A stretch of DNA of 64,000 bases, from positions 25,641 through 89,640 of the forward strand of contig CAVVDF010000010.1 of NCBI GenBank assembly GCA_963746995.1, written 5' to 3'. Source of the stretch: an uncultured Actinomycetes bacterium. Lineage in GTDB: Bacteria > Actinomycetota > UBA4738 > HRBIN12. Below, in pieces: positions 35,079 to 44,621 of this stretch (position 1 is its first letter; each line of letters begins with the position of its first letter). A model generated the notes under the pieces. That model saw only the letters and a list, made by a program, of their open reading frames with translations, did not search any database and was not told where the DNA came from. Made by a program: the position numbers and the translations under genes.

Positions 35079-36046
35079 GCGCGCCCGAGGATGTTCTCCG
35101 GCTCGCGGAAGAGCGTGCGGCGGCCCGCGATGCGAAAGACTTCGCGCGCGCCGATGCTTTGCGTGACGAGATCGCCGCTTGGGGGTGGTCGGTCGTCGAC
35201 GCACCCGGTGGGTTCACGTTGCAGCAGGCCACGAGCGGGACGGCGGCCGAACCCATCGCGTCGAAGGACATCGCTTCGACATTGGACGACGAGCCGCGGT
35301 TCGACGTGGCGCTGCACTGGGTCGCCGAGGGCTGGCTCGACGACATCGACCGCGCGATCCGAGCGTTCCGAGCGACCGCGGGCGATCGCCAGCTGCAGTT
35401 CGTGGTCGCGGATGTCACGGGCGAGGCGCTGTCGCGATGGGCCGGCGACGAGGACATCGAGGTCGTGTGGCTCGAGCCCGACACCGGTTGGGCGGCCGCC
35501 CGCAACGCAGGGCTGCGACGGTCGCTCGCCCCGGTGCTGGTCGCGCTCGATGGGTCGATCGAGCCCACCGGGGATGTGCTCGCCCCCGTGATCGCCGCCC
35601 TCGAAGACCCCGCGATCGGCGTCTGCGGCCCCTACGGCATCACGACGACCGACCTACGGGAGTTCGCGGAGGCGCCCGACGCCGGCCCTTGCGATGCCGT
35701 CGAGGGGTACCTGATGGCGTTCCGGCGCGACGTGCTCGCCGCCGCGGGCGGCTTCGACGAGAAGTTCAAGTGGTATCGCACTGCGGACATCGATTGGTCG
35801 TTCCGCGTGAAGGACGCGGGATATCGCTGCGAGGTCGTGTCGGTGCCGGTCACGAAGCACGAGCACCGCGCGTGGGCCGCTGCGACCGAGGAGGAGCGCG
35901 CATCCCGGTCGAAGCGCAACTTCTACCGGTTCTTGGATCGGTATCGCGACCGATGGGACCTCGTGCTCGCCGGCGAGCCTGAGCCCCACGACCATGACCA
36001 CGATCATGACCACGAACATCCTGTGACGCTGCCGGAGGGCCGTTGA
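35075..36046 (+). CDS. family-2-type glycosyltransferase with N-terminal CysRS-C-terminal-like helical motif and C-terminal (His-Asp)n tail
   Basis: LRLAEERAAARDAKDFARADALRDEIAAWGWSVVDAPGG, then ..AAARNAGLRRS..LVALDGSIEP..GYLMAFRRDV.., ending PHDHDHDHDHEHP. GTGA overlap with the upstream gene. Confidence 0.8.
   Translation: MSAPEDVLRLAEERAAARDAKDFARADALRDEIAAWGWSVVDAPGGFTLQQATSGTAAEPIASKDIASTLDDEPRFDVALHWVAEGWLDDIDRAIRAFRATAGDRQLQFVVADVTGEALSRWAGDEDIEVVWLEPDTGWAAARNAGLRRSLAPVLVALDGSIEPTGDVLAPVIAALEDPAIGVCGPYGITTTDLREFAEAPDAGPCDAVEGYLMAFRRDVLAAAGGFDEKFKWYRTADIDWSFRVKDAGYRCEVVSVPVTKHEHRAWAAATEEERASRSKRNFYRFLDRYRDRWDLVLAGEPEPHDHDHDHDHEHPVTLPEGR
35987..36019 (+). repeat. in-frame hexanucleotide repeat encoding HDHDHDHDHEH
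   Basis: cacgac catgac cacgat catgac cacgaa cat. Confidence 0.8.
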
Positions 36047-36058
36047 GGCGACGCGCCG

Positions 36059-38068
36059 CTAGTCGGCCGGCATCGGCGGTGCGGGCGGGATGAACGGCGC
36101 CGGCGACGGCGTGTGCTTGATCACCGGCGCGCCCGCCGACGACGCGGCCTCGGCCGCGGCGCGGTCGTTCATCGCCTGCCGTGCTTCTTCGGGTGACGGG
36201 ATCGGCTTGCTGCCGTCGACGTAGGCGATCAGGTCGTCGCCTTCGATCGTCTCGACCGCGATCAAGAGCGCCGAGAGCTGGTTCAACAGGGCGCGTTTCT
36301 CGGTGAGGAGTCCGAGCGCCTTTTCGTGCGCCTCCTCGAGCAGCCGGCGCACCTCGGCATCGACCCGCTCCGCCGTCTTCTGAGACATCTTCGGGCCTGA
36401 GGCGAACACCGATTGCTGCTCGTCGCTGCCGAGGGAGATCGGACCGATGTCCTTGCTCATGCCCATCATCGTGACCATCGCGCGCGCGGTCTCGGTGGCC
36501 TTTTCGAGGTCGTTGTGCGCGCCGGTTGAAACGACGCCGTCGTAGTAGAGCTCCTCGGCAGCCCGACCGCCCATCGCGAACGTCATCGAGGACTTCAGCT
36601 CGGGCTCGGTTCGCATGAATCTGTCCTCGGTCGGGCGCACCCAGGTCACTCCGAGCGCGGCCGTGCCTCGAGGCACGATCGTCACGCGGTGCAGCGGGTC
36701 GATGTCGCCCGTGCTGACGGCGACGAGCGCATGCCCCATCTCGTGGACGGCCGTGCGCTCCCGCTCGTCTTCGGACAGGATGCGCGACCTGCGCTCGAGC
36801 CCGAGCGACGCGCGGTCGATCGCCTCGTCGAGCTCGTCTTCGGTCACCGCGTTCTTGTCACGACGCGCCGCCAGCAGTGCGGCTTCGTTCACGACGTTCT
36901 CGAGGTCGGCGCCGGTGAACCCGGGCGTGCGCGCCGCGATGTTGCGCAGGTCGACGCCGGGATCGAGCGCGACACCGCGGGCGTGCACCCGCAGGATCTC
37001 CTCGCGGCCGCGCAGATCGGGCCGGTCGACGACCACTTGACGGTCGAACCGACCCGGCCGAACGAGCGCCGGGTCGAGCACGTCCGGCCGGTTGGTGGCG
37101 GCCATGATGATCACGCCCTTCGAGGCGTCGAACCCGTCCATCTCGACGAGGAGCTGATTCAGGGTCTGCTCACGCTCGTCGTGGGCCCCGAACCCCGAGC
37201 CCATCGCGCCGGAGCGGCCCTTCCCGATCGTGTCGATCTCGTCGAGGAACACCAGCGCCGGCGCCTTCTCCTTGGCTTGCTGGAACAGCTCGCGGACGCG
37301 CGCGGCGCCCAAGCCGACGAACATCTCGACGAACTCCGAGGCGCTCATGAAGAAGAACGGCACGTTGGCCTCGCCCGCGACCGCGCGCGCGAGCAGTGTC
37401 TTGCCGCACCCGGGCGGGCCGAGCAACAGCACCCCCTTGGGGATCCGGCCGCCGAGCCGCTGGTACTTCTTGGGGTTCCGCAGGAAATCGACGATCTCCT
37501 TGAGCTCGTCCTTCGCCTCCTCGACGCCGGCGACGTCGGCGAAGGTGGTCTTCATCTCCTTGCGGTCGTAGATCTTGACCTTGTTCTTGCCCATGTTGAG
37601 CGGGTTCGAGCCGGCGCCTCCCACGCGCCGGAACAGGAACCAGTAGGAGATGCCGAGCAGCAACACGATGGGCAACACGCTGTAGATCAGGCCGACCCAC
37701 GCGCTCGGTGTCTTGAACTCGTAGTTGACGCCGTGTTCTTGCAGCCAGTCCTGGTACGCCTGGTCGATCGTCACGTTGGTCGACAGCGACGTCGTGAAAT
37801 TCTGTGACCCGGTCTCGTCGAGGATCGCGCCGGAGATCTCCGTGTCCGAGATCTTCACGACCGTGTTGGGGTCGATCTTCCCGTCGTTGACCGCCGTCTG
37901 GAACTCGGCGTAGCTGATCGACTTGCGGCCGGCGACCGAACTGAACTGGTTGAACGCGAGCAGCGCGGTGATCGCGAGCGCCACCAGGATCCACGGGGCC
38001 AACCGTGTGCGGGGCATCGGCCCGCCGGGCGTGCCGGAGCGCCGGGAGTTGTTGGGGTTGTCGGACAT
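36059..38068 (-). CDS. ftsH: ATP-dependent zinc metalloprotease FtsH
   Basis: [18 protein letters not shown] (Walker A), LVFLDEID (Walker B), HEMGHALV (zinc site), two N-terminal TM helices. ATG 38068 (MSDNPNNS..). Confidence 0.95.
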   Translation of the reverse strand: MSDNPNNSRRSGTPGGPMPRTRLAPWILVALAITALLAFNQFSSVAGRKSISYAEFQTAVNDGKIDPNTVVKISDTEISGAILDETGSQNFTTSLSTNVTIDQAYQDWLQEHGVNYEFKTPSAWVGLIYSVLPIVLLLGISYWFLFRRVGGAGSNPLNMGKNKVKIYDRKEMKTTFADVAGVEEAKDELKEIVDFLRNPKKYQRLGGRIPKGVLLLGPPGCGKTLLARAVAGEANVPFFFMSASEFVEMFVGLGAARVRELFQQAKEKAPALVFLDEIDTIGKGRSGAMGSGFGAHDEREQTLNQLLVEMDGFDASKGVIIMAATNRPDVLDPALVRPGRFDRQVVVDRPDLRGREEILRVHARGVALDPGVDLRNIAARTPGFTGADLENVVNEAALLAARRDKNAVTEDELDEAIDRASLGLERRSRILSEDERERTAVHEMGHALVAVSTGDIDPLHRVTIVPRGTAALGVTWVRPTEDRFMRTEPELKSSMTFAMGGRAAEELYYDGVVSTGAHNDLEKATETARAMVTMMGMSKDIGPISLGSDEQQSVFASGPKMSQKTAERVDAEVRRLLEEAHEKALGLLTEKRALLNQLSALLIAVETIEGDDLIAYVDGSKPIPSPEEARQAMNDRAAAEAASSAGAPVIKHTPSPAPFIPPAPPMPAD

Positions 38069-38146
38069 CGGATACCTATCTTCGCAGCCACCGTCGCGAA
38101 TGACAGGTAACCAACGCACGGGAAGGGGTTTCCGGCTTCCGAACGA

Positions 38147-38152
38147 TAGGCT
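38147..38152 (+). promoter_or_regulatory. -10-like hexamer TAGGCT, 7 nt before ATG 38160
   Basis: taggct-ggggacc-ATG. Confidence 0.4.
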
Positions 38153-38159
38153 GGGGACC

Positions 38160-38747
38160 ATGGCGCAGGCGGTGCCCACCCACGACGATCCGGCCCTTGC
38201 GGAGCGCTTCGAGCGCGACGTGCTCCCGTTGCTCTCATCCTTGTACGGCGCCGCCTACCGCATGACCCGCAACCAGGCCGACGCCGAGGACCTCGTCCAG
38301 GAGACCTACCTGCGTGCCTACCGCGGCTTCGCCTCGTTCCGAGAGGGAACGAACCTCAAGGCGTGGCTCTATCGCATCCTCACGAACAACTACATCAACA
38401 CCTACCGGAAGAAGCAGCGCGAACCGCAGACCGTCGAGGGCCCCGACGACGTGGACGAGTGGTACCTGTACGACCGACTGGGTGGGCGCAACGTCGAGGG
38501 TTCGGCCGAAGAAGCGGTGCTGGACAAGATGCCCGATCAAGCGGTGAAGGACGCCGTCGAGTCGTTGCCGGAGCGCTTCCGGTTGCCGGTGCTGTTGGCC
38601 GACGTCGAAGGTTTCTCATACAAGGAGATCGCCGAGATCATGGACACGCCGATCGGCACGGTGATGAGCCGACTGCATCGCGGAAGGAAAGCGCTCGAGA
38701 AAGCGTTGTGGGAGACGGCCAAGGAACGGGGATTCGTCGATGCCTGA
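38160..38747 (+). CDS. sigH: ECF sigma factor of the SigH/SigR (thiol-oxidative stress) type
   Basis: [14 protein letters not shown] (region 2), [23 protein letters not shown] (region 4). Followed by a ZAS anti-sigma gene with an 8-nt overlap. Confidence 0.9.
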   Translation: MAQAVPTHDDPALAERFERDVLPLLSSLYGAAYRMTRNQADAEDLVQETYLRAYRGFASFREGTNLKAWLYRILTNNYINTYRKKQREPQTVEGPDDVDEWYLYDRLGGRNVEGSAEEAVLDKMPDQAVKDAVESLPERFRLPVLLADVEGFSYKEIAEIMDTPIGTVMSRLHRGRKALEKALWETAKERGFVDA

Positions 38748-38988
38748 GTGTGAACCGGAGTGCACGGAAACCCTCCTCGAGGTCGAGGCCTATCTCGACG
38801 GCGAGGTGGACCCCGCGCTGGCCGACCGGATCCGCACGCACCTGTCCGACTGCTCGCCGTGCCTCGATCGTGCCGAGTTCCGCACGCATCTGCGCGCGCT
38901 CGTACGGACCAAGTGCACCGAGCAGGTACCCGATGCCCTCCGAGCCCGGATCGAGCAGTTGATCGCGGATCCGCCGAGTGGCACCTAG
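38740..38988 (+). CDS. rshA: zinc-binding anti-sigma factor (RsrA/RshA type)
   Basis: 82 aa with ..C..C.. at the N-terminus and the ZAS motif HLSDCSPC. Confidence 0.88.
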   Translation: MPECEPECTETLLEVEAYLDGEVDPALADRIRTHLSDCSPCLDRAEFRTHLRALVRTKCTEQVPDALRARIEQLIADPPSGT

Positions 38989-39033
38989 GCGCCACCTGCG
39001 CGACACTTCTCCTTTCGACCTGAGGGGGAACGC

Positions 39034-39759
39034 ATGACCGATGTGGCGTCGCTCGGCACGATCGTCGGCGTCTGGGCGCATCCCGACGACGACATCTTCT
39101 TGGCGGCCGGACTGATGGCGACGGCGGTCGAGCTGGGCGCACGCGTGGTCGATGTGACCGCGACGCGTGGTGAGGGCGGGTCGATGGATGAGGACCGCTG
39201 GCCGCCCGCCACGATGGGCGAGGTGCGCACGGTTGAGCTCTTGCGCTCGCTCGAGTTCCTCGGTGTCACCGAGCATCGGTTCCTCGACGGGCCGGTGGAC
39301 GTCGACATGGACGAGCATCTGGATGAAGCCGGCGCCGCGCAGGTGCGCGCGATCGTTGCAGAGGTGCAGCCCGACACGATCTTGACCTTCGGACCCGACG
39401 GGATGACCGGACATCAAGGGCACAAGGACGTCTGCCGGTGGGCGACCGAGGCGTTCGCGGCGGTCGGCAAGCCCGGGGCGCGGTTGTTCTACGCCACGCA
39501 ATCGCCCGAGTTCGTGTCCGAGGTGGTGCCCGCCTTGGAACGGTTCGAGATCTTCCGGCCGGGGACGCCCCCGGTGACGCCACGCGAGGAGATGGCGATC
39601 GACCTCACATGCGACGGCGAGCTGCTTGACCGGAAGGTTGCAGCGCTCACTGCGCACGAGAGTCAGATCGAAGGGCTCCTAGAGGTCTTCGGGGCCGACG
39701 GCCTGCGCAGGTTCATCCGTGATGAGAGCTACCGGGAGGCAGGAGGCGCAGATGGGTGA
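39034..39759 (+). CDS. PIG-L (LmbE-like) family deacetylase
   Basis: VWAHPDDDIFLAAG.., ..TFGPDGMTGHQGH... Confidence 0.88.
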   Translation: MTDVASLGTIVGVWAHPDDDIFLAAGLMATAVELGARVVDVTATRGEGGSMDEDRWPPATMGEVRTVELLRSLEFLGVTEHRFLDGPVDVDMDEHLDEAGAAQVRAIVAEVQPDTILTFGPDGMTGHQGHKDVCRWATEAFAAVGKPGARLFYATQSPEFVSEVVPALERFEIFRPGTPPVTPREEMAIDLTCDGELLDRKVAALTAHESQIEGLLEVFGADGLRRFIRDESYREAGGADG

Positions 39760-40936
39760 GGTATCGAAACAGACGTCGGCGATGATCCACGCGCTCGGTG
39801 CGTTCGCCGAGTTCGGCACGGACGACGCGCTCTGGCAGGCGTTGCGGCAGCCCGAGGCATGCGACTTCATGTTCGGCAATCCGCACGAACCGGCGCCGCA
39901 GGCGTACGTCGATGCGCTGGTCCGCGGTGCGCAGCCGACGGGGAAGGATCACTACGCCTACACGATGGACCTGCCGCAGGCGGCTGAGGCGATCGCCGCC
40001 GGGCTTCGCGAGCGGTTCGGCATCGCGTTCCGCGATGCCGACATCCACATGACCAACGGCAACTTCGCCGGCCTCGCGATCGTGCTGCGCACGATCGTCG
40101 ACGCCGGCGACGAGGTGATCTTCATCTCGCCGCCATGGTTCTTCTACGAGACGCTGATCGTGGCGTCGGGTGCGACGCCGGTCCGGGTCGACGCCGATCG
40201 CGAGCGCAGTTTCGATCTCGACCTTGCTGAGATCGAGGCGGCGATCACCCCGCGGACGCGAGCGATCATCGTGAACTCGCCGCACAACCCCTCGGGGCGG
40301 ATCTACGGGCCCGAGCTCCTCGACGCGCTGGCCTCGGTGCTCGAGGCGGCCTCGGCGCGCAACGACCGACGCATCTACCTGCTGTCCGACGAGGCGTACA
40401 ACCGCATCGTCTTCGAACCGCACACGTTCACGACGCCGCTCGCGCACTACCCGCACTCGTTCTTGCTGTACACATACGCGAAGACGCTGCTGTCGCCTGG
40501 GTCGAGGCTCGGGTACGTCGCGACGCCGCCCGACATGCGGGAGGCCGACGAACTCCGGCTCGCGCTGCAGATCGGGCAGATCACGTACGGCTGGGCCTAT
40601 CCGGTCTCGCTGCTGCAGCACGCGGTACCCGAACTCGACAGGATGCGACCGGACCTCGAGACGCTCCGACGCCGGCGCGATGTGCTGGTGGGAGCGCTCC
40701 GCGAGGATGGCTACGACGTGATCGAGCCCGAGGGAACGTTCTACATCCTGGTGCGATCGCCGCTCGAGGACGACCGCGCGTTCTGCGACCTGTTGCGGGC
40801 GCACGACGTGTTCGTGCTGCCGGGTTCGATGTTCGAGATGCCGGGGTGGTTCCGGATCTCGATCACCGCGAACGACGACATGGTCGAGCGCTCGCTGCCG
40901 GGCTTCGCGAAGGCGATCCAGGAGGCACGGGTGTGA
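39752..40936 (+). CDS. class I/II PLP-dependent aminotransferase
   Basis: IVNSPHNPSG, YTYAKTLLSPGSRLGY (PLP lysine). ATG 39752 (MGEVSKQ..). Confidence 0.9.
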   Translation: MGEVSKQTSAMIHALGAFAEFGTDDALWQALRQPEACDFMFGNPHEPAPQAYVDALVRGAQPTGKDHYAYTMDLPQAAEAIAAGLRERFGIAFRDADIHMTNGNFAGLAIVLRTIVDAGDEVIFISPPWFFYETLIVASGATPVRVDADRERSFDLDLAEIEAAITPRTRAIIVNSPHNPSGRIYGPELLDALASVLEAASARNDRRIYLLSDEAYNRIVFEPHTFTTPLAHYPHSFLLYTYAKTLLSPGSRLGYVATPPDMREADELRLALQIGQITYGWAYPVSLLQHAVPELDRMRPDLETLRRRRDVLVGALREDGYDVIEPEGTFYILVRSPLEDDRAFCDLLRAHDVFVLPGSMFEMPGWFRISITANDDMVERSLPGFAKAIQEARV

Positions 40937-42339
40937 GCACGTACGGGTTCCTCGGGGCGGGGGAGTTCGAGACCTGGCACGACGACGTCGACCGACGACT
41001 CCTGGATGGCCGTGACGGGCGCGTGCTCGTGTTCGCGACCGCTGCTGCTCGCGAAGGGGACGAGGTCTACGACGGATGGATCACGAAAGGGCTCGCGCAC
41101 TTCGACGCGTTGGGCGTGCGAGCCGCGGCGCCGCCGCTGAAGACCGTCGACGATGCGAACGAACCCGCCCTCGCGGCCGAGCTGGACGACGCAGCGTTGG
41201 TCTTCTTCTCCGGCGGGAATCCGGCGTATCTGGCCTCCGTGCTCCAGGGGTCGCCGTTCTGGTCGCGCCTGCGGGCTCGGATCGCCGACGGATTGACCGC
41301 CTATATGGGCTGCAGCGCAGGGGTGGCTGTGCTGAGTGACCCCACCTTCGACTCCGACACCGAGGACTTCGAGCAGATCTGGAAGCCGGGGCTCGGGTAC
41401 TTCCCCGAGGTGCTGTTCGCACCGCATTGGGACATGGTCGAGGCGTGGATCCCGGGCGCCCAGGCGTTCATCCAGTCAGCGGCGCCACCGAACGGGTCGC
41501 TGATCGCGCTCGACGAGCGCACCGCGATGGTGGGCGATGGCGCCGTCTGGGACGTCCACGGCGCGGGGACGGTGGGCATCTACGAAGCTGGAACGTGGCA
41601 GGCGACGCACGCGGCTGGGTCGAGCTTCACGAAGGCGCTCGCGTCTCCAGCGCTGATGGCGTCGCCGGGTAGCATCGCCTGCATGGCGGTTGCGCTCACC
41701 CGGTCCGATCCGATCGAACGCCGCGCGCCCGAGGTGATCCGGATCCTATCGGCGGCATATCCGGGAGCGACGGTCGCTCTCTCCTTCTCGAATCCACTCG
41801 AGATCCTGATCGCCACGATCCTGTCGGCGCAGTGCACCGATGCGAAGGTGAACGAGGTCACAGCCACGCTGTTCCAGAAGTATCGAACGCCGGAGGACTA
41901 CCTGGCGGTACCGGAGGACGAACTGCGCGCCGACATCAAGCCCACCGGATTCTTCAATCAGAAGGCTGCGTCGATCCGCGCGGCGTGCCAGCGGATCATC
42001 GAGGTGTACGACGGCCGGGTGCCGGACACGATGGAGGAGCTGATCACCTTACGCGGGGTCGCGCGCAAAACCGCGAACATCGTGTTGTCGAACGGCTTCG
42101 GTAAGGTCGAGGGCATCCCCGTCGACACGCACGTCAGGCGCTTGTCGAACCGCATCGGGTTCTCGGCAGCGTCCGACCCCGACAAGATCGAGCAGGACCT
42201 GCTGCGGCTCGTTCCCCAAGAGGAGTGGTCGTCGTTCAGCTATGCCCTGATCGACCACGGCCGGGCGATCTGCCAGGCGCGCAGGCCTCGATGCACGGAA
42301 TGCCCGATCGAACCGCTGTGCCCGTCCAGCCAGGCGTAG
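40933..42339 (+). CDS. nth: single uninterrupted ORF: peptidase S51 / cyanophycinase-like (class I amidotransferase-like) domain fused in frame to endonuclease III
   Basis: N-terminal part: VFFSGGNPAYL, YMGCSAGVAVL. C-terminal part from about ATG 41683 or 41656: ILSAQCTDAKVN, GVARKTANIVL (HhH), VDTHVRRL, CQARRPRCTECPIEPLC (4Fe-4S loop). No stop codon lies between the two parts in this frame. GTG 40933 overlaps the upstream stop (GTGA). Confidence 0.75.
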   Translation: MSTYGFLGAGEFETWHDDVDRRLLDGRDGRVLVFATAAAREGDEVYDGWITKGLAHFDALGVRAAAPPLKTVDDANEPALAAELDDAALVFFSGGNPAYLASVLQGSPFWSRLRARIADGLTAYMGCSAGVAVLSDPTFDSDTEDFEQIWKPGLGYFPEVLFAPHWDMVEAWIPGAQAFIQSAAPPNGSLIALDERTAMVGDGAVWDVHGAGTVGIYEAGTWQATHAAGSSFTKALASPALMASPGSIACMAVALTRSDPIERRAPEVIRILSAAYPGATVALSFSNPLEILIATILSAQCTDAKVNEVTATLFQKYRTPEDYLAVPEDELRADIKPTGFFNQKAASIRAACQRIIEVYDGRVPDTMEELITLRGVARKTANIVLSNGFGKVEGIPVDTHVRRLSNRIGFSAASDPDKIEQDLLRLVPQEEWSSFSYALIDHGRAICQARRPRCTECPIEPLCPSSQA

Positions 42340-42340
42340 C

Positions 42341-42652
42341 TCAGACGGCGGGCTGGAGTTCGCGCTCTGCTTCGGCGACGAGCGCGCGACGCCGGGCGCG
42401 GCGGATCACGCGGCGCTCCTCCTCGTCGAGTCCACCCCAGACACCTGCGTCCTGGTATGTCATCAAGCTCCACTCGAGACAGGCCGAGCGGACCCCGCAG
42501 CCGGCGCACACCCGTTTGGCGGCGGCGACCTGCGCCAGCGCCGGCTCGGACGTTCCAACCGGGAAGAACAGCTCCGGATCCTCGCCGATGCAGCTGGCGT
42601 CTCGCAGCCACCACGTCTCGTCGGGATCGTGCTTGAATCGCCGTTCAGTCAT
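42341..42652 (-). CDS. WhiB-family redox-sensing transcriptional regulator
   Basis: C..(x)..CAGCGVRSAC four-Cys pattern and the AGVWGGL motif. Confidence 0.92.
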   Translation of the reverse strand: MTERRFKHDPDETWWLRDASCIGEDPELFFPVGTSEPALAQVAAAKRVCAGCGVRSACLEWSLMTYQDAGVWGGLDEEERRVIRRARRRALVAEAERELQPAV

Positions 42653-42690
42653 CGGTCATCCCCATCTGCGAAACTCAACGAACCTGCAAC

Positions 42691-43491
42691 GTGTGGGGGA
42701 CGATAGTGTCTGAACCGCCATTCAGTCAAGCTGGCTCGAGGTTGATCGTGGCGCATCGTGGCGCATCGGTGGAACTCCCTGAGAACACCCTTGCGGCCTT
42801 CGATCGCGCGGTCGCGGTGGGTGCGCCGGCCGTCGAATTCGACATCCGGATCACCGCGGATGGGCACGCGGTGGTGATGCACGACCCGACGGTCGACCGC
42901 ACGACCGACGGTACCGGCGAGGTTCGGTCGCTCACGCTCGACGACATCCAGGCGCTCGGTATCGCCGCTGAGGACGGGACGGTCGAGCGGGTGCCCACGC
43001 TGACCGACGCGCTCGCGCTGCTCTCCGGCCGAGCCGCCGTCGATGTTGAGATCAAGAACCTCCCGGGGGAGCCGGACTTCGACGGCGAACGCGAACCGGC
43101 TGTCGACGCGCTGCAGACAGCGCTCGACGAGGTGGCGTTCGTCGGGTCGGTGATCGTCTCGAGTTTCAACCCCCGGTCGATCGCGTACAGCAAGGCCCGC
43201 CGGCCCGAGATCCCGACCGGGCTGCTCACCGAGTACCGCGTCGATGCGATCGCGGGGCTCACCTACGCGTCTGCGGAGGGGCATGACTGGGTGCTGCCCT
43301 TCACGGGCAAAGTGTTGGAGGCCGGTGAGGCGTTCCCGGCGTTGGTGCACGAGGCCGGGTTGCTGCTCGGGACGTGGATCACCGACGATCCGGCTGAGGC
43401 CGTGCGATTGTTCGAGTCCGGCGTGGACGCCGTCGCGACGAACGACCCCCGCGCGATCGTGACGGCCTGCGCGAGGGCCTTCGGCGCGTGA
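42691..43491 (+). CDS. glycerophosphodiester phosphodiesterase
   Basis: VAHRGAS, PENTLAAF, VEFDIRITADG, VMHDPTVDRTTDG. The start could be GTG 42706. Confidence 0.88.
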   Translation: MWGTIVSEPPFSQAGSRLIVAHRGASVELPENTLAAFDRAVAVGAPAVEFDIRITADGHAVVMHDPTVDRTTDGTGEVRSLTLDDIQALGIAAEDGTVERVPTLTDALALLSGRAAVDVEIKNLPGEPDFDGEREPAVDALQTALDEVAFVGSVIVSSFNPRSIAYSKARRPEIPTGLLTEYRVDAIAGLTYASAEGHDWVLPFTGKVLEAGEAFPALVHEAGLLLGTWITDDPAEAVRLFESGVDAVATNDPRAIVTACARAFGA

Positions 43492-43898
43492 TCGGTCGTC
43501 GCAAGGAGCTGCCCCCTGATCTCGCCGAACGGTTCGAGGCGTTTCAGATGGTCCTCGATCAGATCGAGCCTGCGAAAGCGGGGCTGGCCGACGTGCTGCC
43601 CGGCACGCGGTTACCTGGGCGTCCCCTGAACGATGCGGTCGCCGAGTACGCCGAGCGGCTCGGCCGCGCCCGAACGTCGATGCCCGCGTGGCGCTGTCCC
43701 GAGGTCGAGACGGAGTGGGTGGCGTGCGATGGCGGCCTGATCCTGGGGCTGGACCGGGCAGGTCGCGTGCTCGACACTGACGAGGATCCCGCAGGCTTCG
43801 AGGGGCTGCTCGGAACGGTCGAGCAGCTCCTGGACCCACTCGACCCGTTCGTGGCGGCCGCCGAGCGGTTCCGGAAACTCCGGCGTCGCCCGCGCTGA
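43488..43898 (+). CDS. hypothetical protein
   Basis: 136-aa ORF; GTG start overlaps the upstream stop (GTGA). No recognisable domain. Confidence 0.55.
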   Translation: MIGRRKELPPDLAERFEAFQMVLDQIEPAKAGLADVLPGTRLPGRPLNDAVAEYAERLGRARTSMPAWRCPEVETEWVACDGGLILGLDRAGRVLDTDEDPAGFEGLLGTVEQLLDPLDPFVAAAERFRKLRRRPR

Positions 43899-43908
43899 GC
43901 ACCCGGCC

Positions 43909-43914
43909 TATCCT
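43909..43914 (+). promoter_or_regulatory. -10-like hexamer TATCCT, 6 nt before ATG 43921
   Basis: tatcct-ccccgc-ATG. Confidence 0.4.
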
Positions 43915-43920
43915 CCCCGC

Positions 43921-44598
43921 ATGGCCCGGACCCTGCAGGACATCGCAGAGGAGGTCGTCCTCTGTCGCGCGTGCCCCCGGCTGGTTGCCTGGCGGGAAGC
44001 GGTGGCGCGCGACAAGGTCGCGCGCCACGCCACCGAGACCTATTGGGGCCGGCCCGTGCCCGGGTTCGGCGATCCGTCCGCAGCGCTCATCATCGTCGGG
44101 CTCGCCCCCGCGGCGCACGGCGGCAACCGCACCGGGCGGATCTTCACCGGCGATCGCAGCGGCGACTTCCTGTTCGCGTCGCTGCACCGGTGCGGGCTGG
44201 CGAACCAGGCGACGTCCACCGATCGCGACGACGGGTTGCAACTCACCGGCGCGTACGTCACCGCCGTGAACCGGTGCGCGCCGCCGGGCAACAAGCCGAC
44301 ACCCGACGAGCGCGACCGCTGCCTGCCGTACCTCGAGGGTGAGCTCGCCGCGCTCCCCGCTCGCTCGATCCTCGCTCTCGGAGCCTTCGCTTGGAACGGC
44401 GTTCTGCGTGCGCTCGAGGTCAACGGCGCGCCCGTCCTTCGGCCGAGACCGCGCTTCGGGCACGGCGCCGAGGCTCGCGTCGGGGAGCACACGCTGTTCG
44501 GGTGCTTCCATCCGAGCCAGCAGAACACCTTCACGGGTCGGCTCACGCCAGCGATGATGGACGACGTTGTCCAACGGGTCGCGGCCCGCAGAACCTGA
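43921..44598 (+). CDS. udgB: uracil-DNA glycosylase, family 5 (UdgB-like), Fe-S type
   Basis: VVLCRACPRL (CxxC), GLAPAAHGGNRTGRIFTGD (family-5 motif A, Ala instead of the family-4 Glu), HPSQQN. Confidence 0.85.
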   Translation: MARTLQDIAEEVVLCRACPRLVAWREAVARDKVARHATETYWGRPVPGFGDPSAALIIVGLAPAAHGGNRTGRIFTGDRSGDFLFASLHRCGLANQATSTDRDDGLQLTGAYVTAVNRCAPPGNKPTPDERDRCLPYLEGELAALPARSILALGAFAWNGVLRALEVNGAPVLRPRPRFGHGAEARVGEHTLFGCFHPSQQNTFTGRLTPAMMDDVVQRVAARRT

Positions 44599-44621
44599 GC
44601 GCCGTTCGGCGGCCACCGACG

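Noticed and set aside
38090-38159. SigR/SigH-type autoregulatory promoter (GGAAT-N18-GTT) upstream of the sigma gene
   Set aside because: The best match is only GGAAG-N19-GAT. A TAGGCT hexamer 7 nt from the ATG fits the housekeeping leaderless pattern better.
41654-41658. Hidden TGATG stop/start junction that would split the S51 domain and nth into two genes
   Set aside because: The frame containing that TGA translates to Arg-rich nonsense for the preceding ~20 codons I checked. The observed sequence therefore supports a continuous ORF, and a very late indel cannot be excluded (see findings).
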